DNA of 64,000 nt from Styela clava. Its lineage: Eukaryota. The notes under the pieces were generated by a model that saw nothing but the letters and a program-made list of their open reading frames with translations, did no database searches and was not told where the DNA came from. Positions 39,750 through 52,546 of the stretch are shown here, one piece after another. The DNA lies in contig NC_135257.1 in the NCBI RefSeq assembly GCF_964204865.1, positions 10,664,001-10,728,000 of the forward strand, given 5' to 3'. Each line of letters begins with the position of its first letter. The first letter of the stretch is position 1. Both the position numbers and the translations under genes were made by a program.

Positions 39750-42700
39750 TGGCTCAAGATAGGTCAAAACTTACATAACTTTCAAATGTTAAATCAAAGA
39801 TAAGGTTTTACTAGCTGCATGTAAGTGATCGATCAATAAACCCATGTTTAGAACAGATTGCTTGCTGATATTGTTATCAGTTATTTGTATACTGGAAAAT
39901 TTATATGAAATATGATGAAATTGTTGAAAGTCAAACACACCCTAGAAAATACTGCATTTTGAAATACTTCATCTGTATGCTTATTACAGGTAGACTTAAC
40001 TTGAATTATATTTCAGAAGGTTCAGTACTTGTTTTCAATTAGATTTATCTCATATATGTTCAACAATTTTTCATATTTTATCTTGTATTTCACAGGTATT
40101 TTATATAAGATATATATTTAACCTATCGTATGAGCTGGAGGATTCTGACATTGTTTTCATTATTTTTGTTCCAAAAATTAGTGATATCTCAATGAAACTT
40201 GGCATTGACTTTAAAAATAAATCTATAATTTTTCAAAGTGATTTATCACGACATTCTTTCATAAAAGATTTATCTTTGAATCAAGGTTAGACATGTAGGC
40301 TTATAGTAATGGGGATAATAAGCTGAAATATGTATGGCGCTAACTATCGAGACTACATAGACGAATTTCATTGAGTTATAAACGGGCTTGCAATTTAGGA
40401 ATTAATTTTCAGTTTCATTCTGACAGACCTGGGTATTTATTCTAAAACTATCCAATATCTAATGCTAATTTCGATTAATATTGAATTGTGAAATTCAATG
40501 GGACTTATGTGCAATTTATCAGCTGGGACATTAGACAAAAGTTTTGTTGGACCGATATTTACAATAATAGTCCTAAGGGTGATATACACCGGTATATATT
40601 GTTAACAAATTATATAGTATATATAGAAAGTTACTTCATATCGATAAGACACAATATAGATATACCGAAGTTTGTTATTGAGTTTTCTATAGCAACCTGA
40701 CTTTTCGCCCGACATCGAATAATTATATTGTGCTTCCTTGCGGTATCGACTGAATGATCCAGACATGCAATATAAACCTTGAAGCATATCGCATTGGTGG
40801 TATTATATACATATATATGTATTGTGTTTTAATATGAATCACGCGTTGCGCTACTACGAGCCCATAAAATATGCATAACTCAATGCACAAAACTATAGTA
40901 CTATATTCTGCTCATTTGTATAATATATGCTGAGGCCTGTTCAAGTCTATAAAAAGTACAACTGTAATTTGGTTAATACGAATGTATATGAAGGTCTTTT
41001 TAGTTGTATGATCCGTAATAGATAATAGGTTGTCATTCTCCGACATATCATTCCAATTATAAATTTATAGTTATATTCAAAAGTTTCATTTAATTTTAAA
41101 CTAGCATTTTCGAAAAGAACAATTATCAACAAGTGCTACTAGACCATTTTCAATACTTAGTATAGAATCTATATCCAGCAAGTGTCCTACTTTGTTTTGC
41201 GTTGGAAATCTACTTATCTACTATTGCCTTACTATGATGGCAACATTCTTAGTGCTCGATCAGCCGTGCGTAACCGCCGTTACAAAGCATAAATAGCACT
41301 GCTACGCCATGAAGACATGAACTGAGTGTTAATGTTATTGCGCCAGCTTTCACATTGTAAATGACCAGTTCAAGCCATATATGTATGTAAGTTTATATAT
41401 AAACCTTTATTACTAGTTGCTACCAGTAATAAAGTTTTACATACTGTTTGTTCTTTTTATATATATTTTCATAATTATAGTATATTTTTGTTATCACAAA
41501 ATAATTGTGTTTACAATTACAATACTGGTAGTGGTATGGTATTATTAACAGATTTATTCATTGAATTATACCTGTGCCATATTTGACTCATACTTGACCA
41601 AGCTTTATTGTATGAAGGTGCTAATTTTCGAGGATTCATTTCAATAAGTATCAACTTTTTAACGATGTCATTCCATATGGAATATTTAAATTTTATGGTA
41701 TGAACACATTTTAGAGTTCAAAAAGTATTTTCCAAAAAGAATTTGTTGATGATTATACATTAGTCAATACCAATGATTATTTATCAACTATCAATTGAGA
41801 AATAAATTATTAAGTTTTTTACTTCAGGTCAATAAAAATTTTATAGAAAATTTGGAATGTATCTGACATTCAGCCATATTGCCATCAAGTATCGATATTA
41901 ATATTTCACTGTACATGTCATTAAGAATATCTTCATTACTAAAAAATATTGTATTTTAGGTAAACTTCTTTACATTTAAAATTACATAAATCCTCGGACA
42001 GACAATATACTCAATTTGAACTCTTAATGATTATTTTTTATCATTTACCTGAATTAGGAAAAAATTTGTATTTGGTAAAAAGCAGTTTACAATCAAAATA
42101 GGCTTCTCATCTGAGACAGTATAAGTATTCTATAACTATATAACAACAATCCATTTCATTAAAGGCGTTTCATATTGAAAGAGCTTCCTGATGTATCTTA
42201 TTAGTATAAAGTTACATGTATTGTTCATTCCTTCTTGTATGTTGCTCATCAGAATTAGATAAATGTGATATTTTTAGTAGTTTCTATTTGTTAAATTTAA
42301 TTTTTTTTTTTGATAAAGCTTCAGTAGTTTGGTATTCACCAGCAATTACCTATCCACTGATCAGACACGCTACAAAATATACATCTTACAAAATCTTATA
42401 TTATATGTTTAACATTCAAGATTTTTTTCATTTCTCATGTGTATATTTCTAGTTCCTACTGTTAATTTACTACATATTTATTGTTTTGGTCACGTTATGT
42501 TCATTCATAAAAATGAACATATGGTGTTTTCCATTATGCTGTAACATGATGACTTTAAAATAATCATGAAACATGATGTATGTCGTGTATGAGATGGTTG
42601 TATTAGGAAAAGATATGATGTCATATGTTTGATGACTTCTGCTTTTCCTGTTAATGCCCAGCGATCAATAATGCATTTTCAAGCTTCTTATACTTTTCCT

Positions 42701-44837
42701 ATTCCTGCTAGTTAAAACCAGAGCATGCTTTACAATATTGCATAGCCTACTTTAGACATCTTGTCATGGTCACTTTGAGACCTTATTAAGTAATAAGCAG
42801 ATGATAGATACGTGCAGGTATTTTTTTGTACAGCATAACAGCATTTTATGTTGATCTGGATTATATTGTTTTTAATTTTCATCTGATATTTTAAAGTAAC
42901 AGTAAAAACATTCGTTGAATCAATCGTAAAATCATATCCTGAAAGTAAGAATTCAAAATTTAAAACATGGCCTTTTTTAATATCTGTAGAATGTATCAAT
43001 CTTAAATTCTTATTCTGAAAGCTTTGAAACATACGATACCCTTTTTTATTTTTGCTTGATGTGAATCTCGTTTTAAAATAAGAATGCAAAAAAATTAGGC
43101 ACCAAAGTTTTTAGTCCTACACTGGGCTAGGACTTATCTTGCCAATCCCAAAATTGCTCAAAAGCTTGTAATGATATGTGATACAAAATATGCCAAGCTT
43201 TGTTATTACTATTATATTGACTTAAACAGGTTTGGTGCTTACAATCTGCCTGTGATGCTCACAGCAGGTAACAGAAGTAATATTGATTTTTTTCATTCCA
43301 GTCTGTTGATAAAGCAAGATGACTAAGCAGAGTGTATAGGAGTAATGTTGTGGTAACAGTATAACCTGGTTCTGGTTGTAAGTGATTTTTAGTGAAATTC
43401 CCAGACAAATTTTACCATGTTCCGATATTTCAGAAAACATTTAATCTACCATATTCATAAACGCTTGATGTATAAATGAAATTTTCTGTGTAGAAAAGTT
43501 GATAATTCTTGCGAATCATTTCAGCTTTAATAAAATGAAAAATCGATTTTACAAATCATTTTTATTAGTTTCCTATTCATAATTTCAATTTATTAAATTA
43601 AATTCCATCCCTCCAAATTAAATATCAATATAATATAACTTAGTACAATTTCACATCATTAGTGTGATGTCATCAATTAAATATATTGGAGGAAATTGAT
43701 GCAATCCTTATTATCATCATTTGAGAATAAATATATATTGAGAGATAATCGTTTTATTTCGTTCTTAGTATGGAATATAATAATAAGACCAAAAATCAAA
43801 AAACACTAAATTTGACTTGGTATTTTTCTATGAGGATAGAACCATATCATATTAACATAGTCAAAACTGAGATTGCATTTGCATATGGCCCTATAAAATA
43901 TGCATCTTTCCATGTGTTCTCGTATAAAAAAGATCCTTTCGTTCACTTGTTTTTATTAAATTCATTATTCATATCAGTTTACATTAAAACACTCAACACA
44001 GGCTTTTTTTCATTTTAGATATTCCATCTTATATATCTGCATTTAAATATTCCTAATTTTTCACTTTTACTGATATTTTCGATATTATTTTATACTTGCA
44101 TATCGGCTCATATTCTATAATAGTATTTCGATTTTCCTATGCAACACCATTACTGGACAGCTTTGGCCCACTCACATTCGAAAAACAAATAACATATAGG
44201 TCCCTTAATATTATCACCACACCTATGACATATTCCTGGTTCATTTATAAACCACTGCATTATATTGTGGATAGCCCATTATGAATTTCCAACCAATATA
44301 TGACGATCTGCTTTTACTTCAGTCAGGAGATAAATAAATAAAGTACTGTGGTGGTACCAGTAATCTTCTCTTATTAATAATATTACCGTATTTCCTTGTA
44401 CTGTAGCTTATTACTTGCCAGAGGTTATTTGCAACGCAATGGTAAAGTGTATTAAATTTATTTTGATTCAGTAATGTATGAATATGATTACAGTTTTAAC
44501 ATTTTTTACAAAAGAATTCACCTTTCTGGTATCAGTGATAAGCAAAAAAATCATCTATGACCATCACTTTTCTTTAAATTGTTCGAGTGAATATATATTA
44601 TTCCAACAGCTTATTTGAATACTAATAAGCAAAACTAGGCTAATCTTCCACTCTAATATTGATGAAGCAGTGGGGGTCATTCAAAAGCAATCATACGGTG
44701 ATTCTTGACTCGCATGTACCGGTAATTGAAATTCCTGATCTTCTAGGAGCAAATGCTATTTCACCCTGAGATTACTTGAGTGTTTGTTCTGCATTTGCTC
44801 TATTCAATTTTACAAAGCTGCCAATAGTCAATGGTCA

Positions 44838-45162
44838 AAACTTGGGCGCCCATGTATCTCCCTCAGATTTAAATTTACTATGAAGATGATAATTCGCTAA
44901 TGTCCAAACCTCAGCTTTAAAAATTAGATTGAATTAACTTCATTATGTTGTATTAGAGCGAAATGTAGCGATAATAAAGTAAATGTTCAAAATATATCGA
45001 AACTTGGGCGCGGATATATATCTCTCTGATTTAAATTTACTCTAAAGATGATAATTTATTAATGTCCAAACCTCAGCTTTAATAAACATTATAATTAATT
45101 AACTTTATTATGTTTTATTAGAACCAATTGTAGCAGATAATAAAGTAAATGTTTAAAATATA
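44838..45162. repeat. Diverged ~162-bp tandem duplication
   Basis: aaacttgggcgc...taatgtccaaacctcagctttaa...gataataaagtaaatgtt occurs twice. Confidence 0.88.
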
Positions 45163-46152
45163 TTTTACCTAACTATTGTGAACATAATGATCTCAACCTT
45201 CATCGATGTTATTACAGACAAGTAGAAGTCGATTTTTAAATTTTGTTTACAGTAAATAGTTTCAGTAAATATTGTAGTAAGCTGTTTATTGAAAAAGTCA
45301 TTATGCAAATGAAATCATTATTAAATTTTTAAGCAAGTTGGTGTGCTTTGATACTAAAAATAGAGCCATTGAGCCAAAAATGTCCAATGAGAACGTCCAG
45401 ACAACAGGCAAAAGTTTAAACTATAGCCTCCAGGTATTTATGCCTTACTCGAGGCTACACCAAAACCTATTATGTTCTGCTAGATTTCAGATAAGACTTA
45501 GAGCTATTATATCGATACACTAATGCACCGCTGTACCAAAATCCAATATTTTTGCAAGTCTATCAAGTGTGGTTCTTCGACTAAATATTTGAATAGATTT
45601 TAGTTCTTCTGTTTGCTTACTTTAGTCCATTTTCGAGGCATAATAACAGAATGAATATTGATGTTTATCATATATATTACAGTGGGATATCCAATGCTCT
45701 GATTTAACTGCTGTAAATTTATGATTTGGCGGCCTTTTTTACAGCATAAATACGACATAGTTTTACGCAGATTTCTTTTACAAAAATGATGAAACTGAAC
45801 CATTATTAGGCTGGAAAGATTTCTATGTTATGTAATATAAATATATGGGAAAAATGTATATATAAATCAACACAAAGCAATTACCTGTAGCATATTGAAT
45901 TCAGCTAAGAAGTCTTAATTAGTTGAACAATCTTTATTGGTCTAACAATAAGTTTTTGCACAAAAATGACCAATCAAAGTGTTGATAATGTTTTCACACT
46001 GGCCAATACTTGATATTTTCTATAATTTTGTTATTTGACAACAGTGATGACTAATTCATATATTATTAACATATCATAAATGTTTTTCTCCTAAATACCA
46101 TTATCATGTTGAATGTATTTGCCTAAAATATTCAAATAATCGTTAACTCGTT

Positions 46153-46507
46153 CAAGGATGTCCAAAACCGAATATTTCACTATTCCGAATACATTCTGAG
46201 AAAATATTTTTGAATATGGAATATTGAATACATTCTAAATTTGAGGAGAATTCATGTGGAGAATTACATAAATCACTATATCTTCATGTTGATCATATCT
46301 AAAATGACATAAATATGAAGATAATTGGTCTCTGTCTTGTTTGATACCAGTTGAGATATTGATATGTTTTGATCTGCTTGTCTGATGGCTTAAAATTCCT
46401 AATTTTTGAATAATTAAGTTCTGAATTATTCTTAAATTCAAAAATTTACCATCGGTATATTGAATTCTGAATGTAATCGATTTTTCGATTCTTTTTGGAC
46501 ATCCCTG
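46153..46507. mobile_element. hAT-type MITE
   Basis: TIRs CAaGGATGTCCAAAA / TTTTGGACATCCCTG. Degenerate 8-bp TSD AACTCGTT/AACTCAAT. A related left end occurs at ~31916. Confidence 0.78.
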
Positions 46508-48566
46508 AACTCAATAAACATTTGCAAATTTGTATCTTCAACAAAGATATGATAATTTATTATATTTCATTTATTTATAGTAGAATTAAACAAAATAAAA
46601 GCATTTCTATAAGAAATCCTTGAGATACTCTCAAGAACTTCTAAATAAACTACAGGTAAAATGGTATGATTGTACTCCATACATGGGATGTCCATTTTGA
46701 TTACATTTTATGTATTCGTCTTGTTTTGAAAGAATAACACATTATTATCGGTATATAAAATAAATTGGCTAATACAATACAACAAGTATGTGTGCTGTGT
46801 GGCAGTTCTTATGTTTTGATTTTAAAAAATCTTTCCTGTGTAGATAAAAATATCATATAAGACTCAAGCATTTTGTATTTTATATGTCATATAACTTAAC
46901 CAATCTTTGCTTAATTAGGTACCTGATTCTAAAATTGATTCTCCATTTAGTTTAGTTAATACCATCTGTGATATAGGGTGACAAAAAATTAAAATTTACA
47001 CACCTGTATCAATTTAAATGAAGTAACATTACAGACTTATTTTCCGTTGAATCATTGATCTCTCAAGAGAGTACTGGTAAGTAGCCTTGTGTTGCAACAG
47101 CAATATAAAATTGTGTAATATGTATACAATTTTGATATATTGCAATTGCCAACAAGTATGGGTGGTTTTTCCTAATTTTTTATGGGAATTTAATTATTTG
47201 AAGTAAGGTTGTTATTATGTAGCAAAATATCATGCACGGCACTCCCTAAAGTCAGTAAAGTGTATATTGTATTTCAAATTTTATCTACAATAAGCTATAT
47301 ATTTTTAAGTACATTCTGGATAGAAGAAGATTCCAAATCTTGGTATGATGTTAAACTTTTTATATTCTTATGTAAACTAATTTTTGTTATCCTACCACGA
47401 CTTGTCCTACTATTCCTGATGCAGTATGCTGCACTAGTATTGATTATTGATCACTTTGTTTTGTTTGTCTTTCATTTATATAAAGTACAAACGTTATCTG
47501 AGGCGGCAACTCACTTACATGCTTTATATGTTCCAAATATCAATTCCAAGTCCAAATATCAATTTAGTTTGTGAAATTCATTGCTGTTATTTAATGGTAA
47601 TTGCATACATTTAATGATATGGATTAAAACTATACTGGAGATAAATTTCACCTATTACATGCAACATGCGATGTATTACGAAAGCATATCATTGATGAAA
47701 CATCTATTGTGATTTTTGTTGTTTTTAAGAAAGTATTTTAGTTGCACTGTACCCAAGTTAAGCCTCATTATAGCGGAATCATACGATCAAGTTTGATGCG
47801 AATAGTTAAATCCAGCTTCTGACTTGATTTTACCGACGCCTCAAAACCAAACAGTGCTAAGTCCACTTTTCCCCAAAATGACATTTTTCAACTGCTGATT
47901 TTTCTGGATTTAGCTCTACATTTTGGTCTATTTACCTTATCTCTAGGACCTAGGTGCTCTAGATCTCAAGATAGCTATGGACATAACCCTGCTTTTTTTA
48001 GGGCATTTGAGAACTAAACAGAGCTGTGTCTACTTAGTGGACTTAGCTCTGGATAACTGCATTGTAAGTCGGGGCTAAGTCCGTTTTTTGGACATGGCTC
48101 CGTCCAAAAATCTGAAATAAATATAATGCAAAGCGCTAAGTCCATACCAGCTCTCAGTCATAGCTCAGTGTTAGCTGTTTCTTATGTTTACAGTAGAGGG
48201 AATGAGTGAGTTGTAATTCATTGCCATAACCACTTTCAAACGGCTGTTTTTAAATAATTATTATTTACAGAATTATGGAAATTTCAAGTAGGAAATGTAT
48301 TTTTCAAGCAAGGCCAGTGTGAACCAGCCAGAGGACTTTGTTCAGTTAAGATATCGTATCTGATAAGAAATCTAGCCAGAATATGATTATTGTCTCGGTC
48401 CAAACCTATAGAAAATCATTTCCCTTGACAGTGTCAAGTTGACGCCTTACCTGAATTTGTAAATAGCATTCAACCATAATTTTTGTCGAGCTCTTTTCAT
48501 AATGTTTTTCAGAATGAGACATAGCCTAGCTCTTAGTTATCAGCTATATTATAATACAGAATAATT

Positions 48567-51163
48567 ATGACTCTTGAACAAAATAATGTCGGTACTAGAA
48601 GTTGGACTGCATGTGAGAAAAACCCAGAGCTAGGCTGTGAAGTGTTTGTGTATGCAACGTATTTTGATGAAGCAAGTCCTGGTTACAGCAAAACATTGCA
48701 GCACAAAGAAAACTCCATTCTAAGAGGTGAAATATTGAGCATTTACAGCAACACTTACAGAGTGAGATTCTTCCTAGACAACACAATCACTTCAATTAAT
48801 AGGGACTTTGTCAAATATTCTCTGTCAGAAAAAGAGCTAGATTGCGTTATCGAAGCAGAAAATTCAGAGCAGATTGAGGAAAGGTATATTCTTTCAGAGT
48901 CCGATATATTAGTGGATGATGACAATGATCCAGAATATATCCCAGAGAAAAATAAACACCACTGGGGAATATACTTCTCTGACAGTGATTCAGACACAGA
49001 TCAGCAAATCGTGGATTTGACATCAATTTCAACTCCACAAACAGCATGTGTTATGCAGCCCAGTAGTAATAAGCCTGGATTGCATAATGAGGAGGAAGTG
49101 TACCTGCTTTATACAGGAAAGAAAATTTTCAGGGCACAATATCATGCTATTGAATCAGCCTGTGCAAGAGAAATGGAAAAAGATGAGGGCTGCTTTTTCA
49201 TAACAAAAATTCTCAAAGATTGTCAAGTATGGGAAAACTTTGATGAGGACTATCATTCCCCTGGATCGTCACTCCTGTGGAATATGAATCAAATTGTGAA
49301 ACTGTCTACTACCATGTTAATAGATTGTCCAACAGAGGGTAAAAGTCCGGATGTGCTGGAGGCTAGGAAAAGGAAAAGAAAGCCTGAAACTTGGAAGAAA
49401 AACAAAAGACGAACGGATTTAAACCGTGGAAAAAGAGGATTTGGCTCTGATAATGATTCTTCCAAAAAAATTGGTAAAATCAAACCGTCTTGCTCATGTA
49501 AAAAAAAATGTACGGCTAAAATATCAGAGGAAGTTCGCATGATGATCAATATTCAATTCTGGAATCTAGGCGACATGGACAAGCAACGAATGTTTATAAC
49601 AAAATACGTCAAGGAAATACAAAAAATGAGAAGTAGACTAAGAAAAGATAATAAGACTGATCAAAAACGTAATCGAGAAGTCAACAGAGGGTACACTTTT
49701 TCAAATCCAGAAAGCAATGAGTTGGTGCAAGTGTGTCAGAAGTTTTTTTTAGATACCCTAAATATAAGCAAGAAAAGGGTGGAGACATCACTGAGAAAAT
49801 TAACATCTGCTGGTTCACTGGAGAAAGATGTGAGAGGAAGAGATGGTGACCACAACAAGGTCACCAGAGAAAGAGAGGAGCCAATTATTATTATAAAATT
49901 GTTTCCAGTCGTTGAATCACATTATGTGAGAAAAGACAGTCAATGGGAATATCTTCCTGAGTATCTGACTGTTCAGGAAATGTATAGAATGTATAAGATT
50001 TGGTGCGAAGAAAATAGCTCTCCAGTTGAATCATATGATTTTTATTTACGCACATTCAATGAAAAATTCAATCTTAAGTTTCATCGACCTAAAAAGGATG
50101 TGTGTGATCAATGCACCAGCTTTCAAAGTATGCCAAAATCTCTATTGACTGAAGAAGATCTCGCAAATCAAAATAAGCATATTCAAGAAAAGGACATGGT
50201 GCGTTCAATGAAGAGGGAAATGAAAGAAAAATCCACAACAGATGCTTCACTTCATGTGGCAGCTTTTGACATTCAGAAAACTCTTTTTTGTCCACATGGA
50301 CAAGTGTCCTCCTTTTACTACACACAGAGGCTAAAAAATTTCAACTTTACAGTTACTGACATTCAGTCCATGCAAACCAGTTGCTATCTTTGGAATGAGG
50401 TGGAAGGGCGAAAAGGCTCTTGTGAAATAGCGACTGCAGTGTTCCGATACCTGTCCTCTCTCACCACAACAGTGAAGACTGTGCAACTGTTCTGTGACCG
50501 CTGCAGTGGGCAAAATAATAACAGAGCTATGATTGTGATGTTACTCTATGCTATGGAGGAGCTGCATTTTGATGAAATAGCACTCAATTTTCTAATTACA
50601 GGTCATTCTCAAAATGAGAATGACACAGCACATTCGGTGATTGAAAGAGCTGTACGAAAAGTGAACATTTGAACAAAAGTGAACGACCGACCAATGGGAA
50701 ACTGCCATTTCAATGGCGTTTAAAAAAACAAAACCCGAAATAACTCTTGCTGAAGCATGGAGATTTCATTAATTTCAAATCAGCATCTGACTTCCCTGAA
50801 TACGCTGGAATTTGGAAGAACAATATTACAATTCAAACTGGCTCCCAGACAGGTGAAAGGCTCTATTGGTCCAAAATTTTACAGGCAAAATTGAAAAAAA
50901 CTGAACCTAGTATATTGCAATTTAAGTACAGTTACTTGGATGAGGAGCTCCAGAGAGTTGACCTTAACTCTTTGGTTCGAAAGTCAGCAAGATCAGCAAC
51001 ACAAAAAATACAGAATATAGAAAAGCTACCCCAGCTTTACCAGGGAAGGCTGCCAGTCAGCAGTGAGAAATACAAGAGTTTGACAACATTATGTAATAAG
51101 AATTTAATCCCTCCAAACCACAAGGCATTCTACGAAATGCTTCCAGTAGTTGATGAAAGTTAG
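48567..51163 (+). pseudogene. Sola-like DDD transposase, disrupted near the C-terminus
   Basis: 701-aa ORF with VCQKFFLDTL, FPVVESHY, PKKDVCDQC, FDIQKTL, WNEVEGRKGSCEIAT, FCDRCSGQNNN and FLITGHSQNENDTAHSVIE. Stop at 50670-50672 next to a local AAAAGTGAAC duplication. The protein continues in other frames (TTDQWETAISMAFKK, then 50747-51163). Confidence 0.85.
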
Positions 51164-51593
51164 ATCTCATGAACAGAAAGACTATCTTAAAAAAAACATT
51201 CATTGGAACTTTTGTAAAATTAAGCCTATTTAAACTGTTTTCATGCTGGGCATTTTTTTCTGTTTTCTTTAACCATCCCTGATTGATGATTTACAACAAT
51301 TTCTTTCCTATATTTGTTTAGTAATTTAGTTGGTGATGGTTCTGAGAAGATAAACAAATGCAGTAATCAGTAGCAACAGCAGTCTGATAAAAATTGGAGG
51401 CTAGATAACCATTGTCATCAAGATTCAGAAGCAGGAATATTTTTCATTGTAAAAATAAGCTCACAAAAAATGTCAAAAACATTGTAAAAGGGAATTATTG
51501 ACGTTCATCAATGATAAGTTGCCTCTACAATAACATAATAAAGGGGCCCTAAGTCCAATAAAATTGTTTCTAGTCAAGAAAACTGAGAGCCAA

Positions 51594-51980
51594 AAAGGGT
51601 TAAGTCCAAAAAACTCCCAAAAAAAAAAAATTGGGGGGGAGCACAAATTTTTTTATACCACTAAAATATGGTCTTCATTGTAACTTTGGTGGGCCATAAA
51701 AACTAGACATCCTTGATGTAAGGTATTAGAGAAATATAAAAAAGAAACAAAAAAAAAAACGTTTTTTGCGTTTTTCTCAAAACTAGAAAGGGTTAAGTCC
51801 AAAAAACTCCCAAAAAAAAAAAATTGGGGGGGAGCACAAATTTTTTTATACCACTAAAATATGGTCTTCATTGTAACTTTGGTGGGCCATAAAAACTAGA
51901 CATCCTTGATGTAAGGTATTAGAGAAATATAAAAAAGAAACAAAAAAAAAAACGTTTTTTGCGTTTTTCTCAAAACTAGA
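51594..51980. repeat. ~193-bp direct tandem duplication in the right subterminal region of the Sola element
   Basis: aaagggttaagtccaaaaaactccc...ttttctcaaaactaga occurs twice, apparently identical. Confidence 0.93.
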
Positions 51981-52272
51981 AAAATGGACTTAGCCCAATT
52001 TGGATTTCATGCGTCGTTACATTTCATAAATCTATAAAATAAACAGAAAATATAGTCTTCAATACTCAAATAATAGCAGAGAAATCTAAATTTTAAATTG
52101 TATGATTCAAATATTGATTGTCTTATGGAAAAGAATTTGCTCTAATAACCCAGTTAATATGAATAAAGTTGTATATCTGTTTTGTACCAGTTGATGAAGC
52201 CACACAGTTTTATCATGTGCTAGTGTAGGTGACATACTTATTAATTTATTTTTAATCATACAAGACAGAGAA

Positions 52273-52523
52273 CAGTGATTTTTAACCAGAGTTCTGCAAA
52301 GTTTCCATTCGTGTCTGAGTGTCTATATTATTATATGTATGTTGTTAAAGTATATTTAAATACCTGGGTATAATTGTTCCTTGATAGACCCCCAGGTGTT
52401 CTGCGTCAAATTGTTTCACATTCTATGATAACAAATATGCATATATATCAATTGCATAGGGGTTCTGCTGTTTTGGAATGTTTCATAGGGGTTCCACCCC
52501 ATCAAAAGGATTGAAAACCACTG
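52273..52523. mobile_element. hAT/Charlie-type MITE (degenerate)
   Basis: Ends CAGTGATTTTTAACC / GATTGAAAACCACTG. Same family as 18027-18306. Confidence 0.65.
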
Positions 52524-52546
52524 ACATAGCATGTTGACATTTTGTA

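Larger units (their letters stand above)
47834..52016 (+). mobile_element. Sola1-type DNA transposon, full length (4183 bp)
   Basis: Imperfect TIRs CGACGCctcAAAaCCAAAcagtGCTAAGTCCAcTTTT and (reverse complement of the right end) CGACGCatgAAAtCCAAAttggGCTAAGTCCAtTTTT. 4-bp TSD TTAC at 47830-47833 and 52017-52020. Subterminal TAAGTCC/GGACTTAG motifs. Internal transposase. Confidence 0.88.

Noticed and set aside
42540-42660. Possible C/D-box snoRNA (ATGATGA motifs)
   Set aside because: No suitably placed D box with a terminal stem or recognisable antisense element.
36412-47830. Short ORFs as a nested gene in the long ANKRD 5' intron
   Set aside because: No recognisable domains or phase-consistent exon chain were found. 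Small non-coding exons cannot be excluded.
50660-50760. Programmed frameshift or intron rescuing the transposase
   Set aside because: Two frame changes and a local duplication are needed and no clear GT-AG pair restores the frame. Mutation or sequencing error is simpler.
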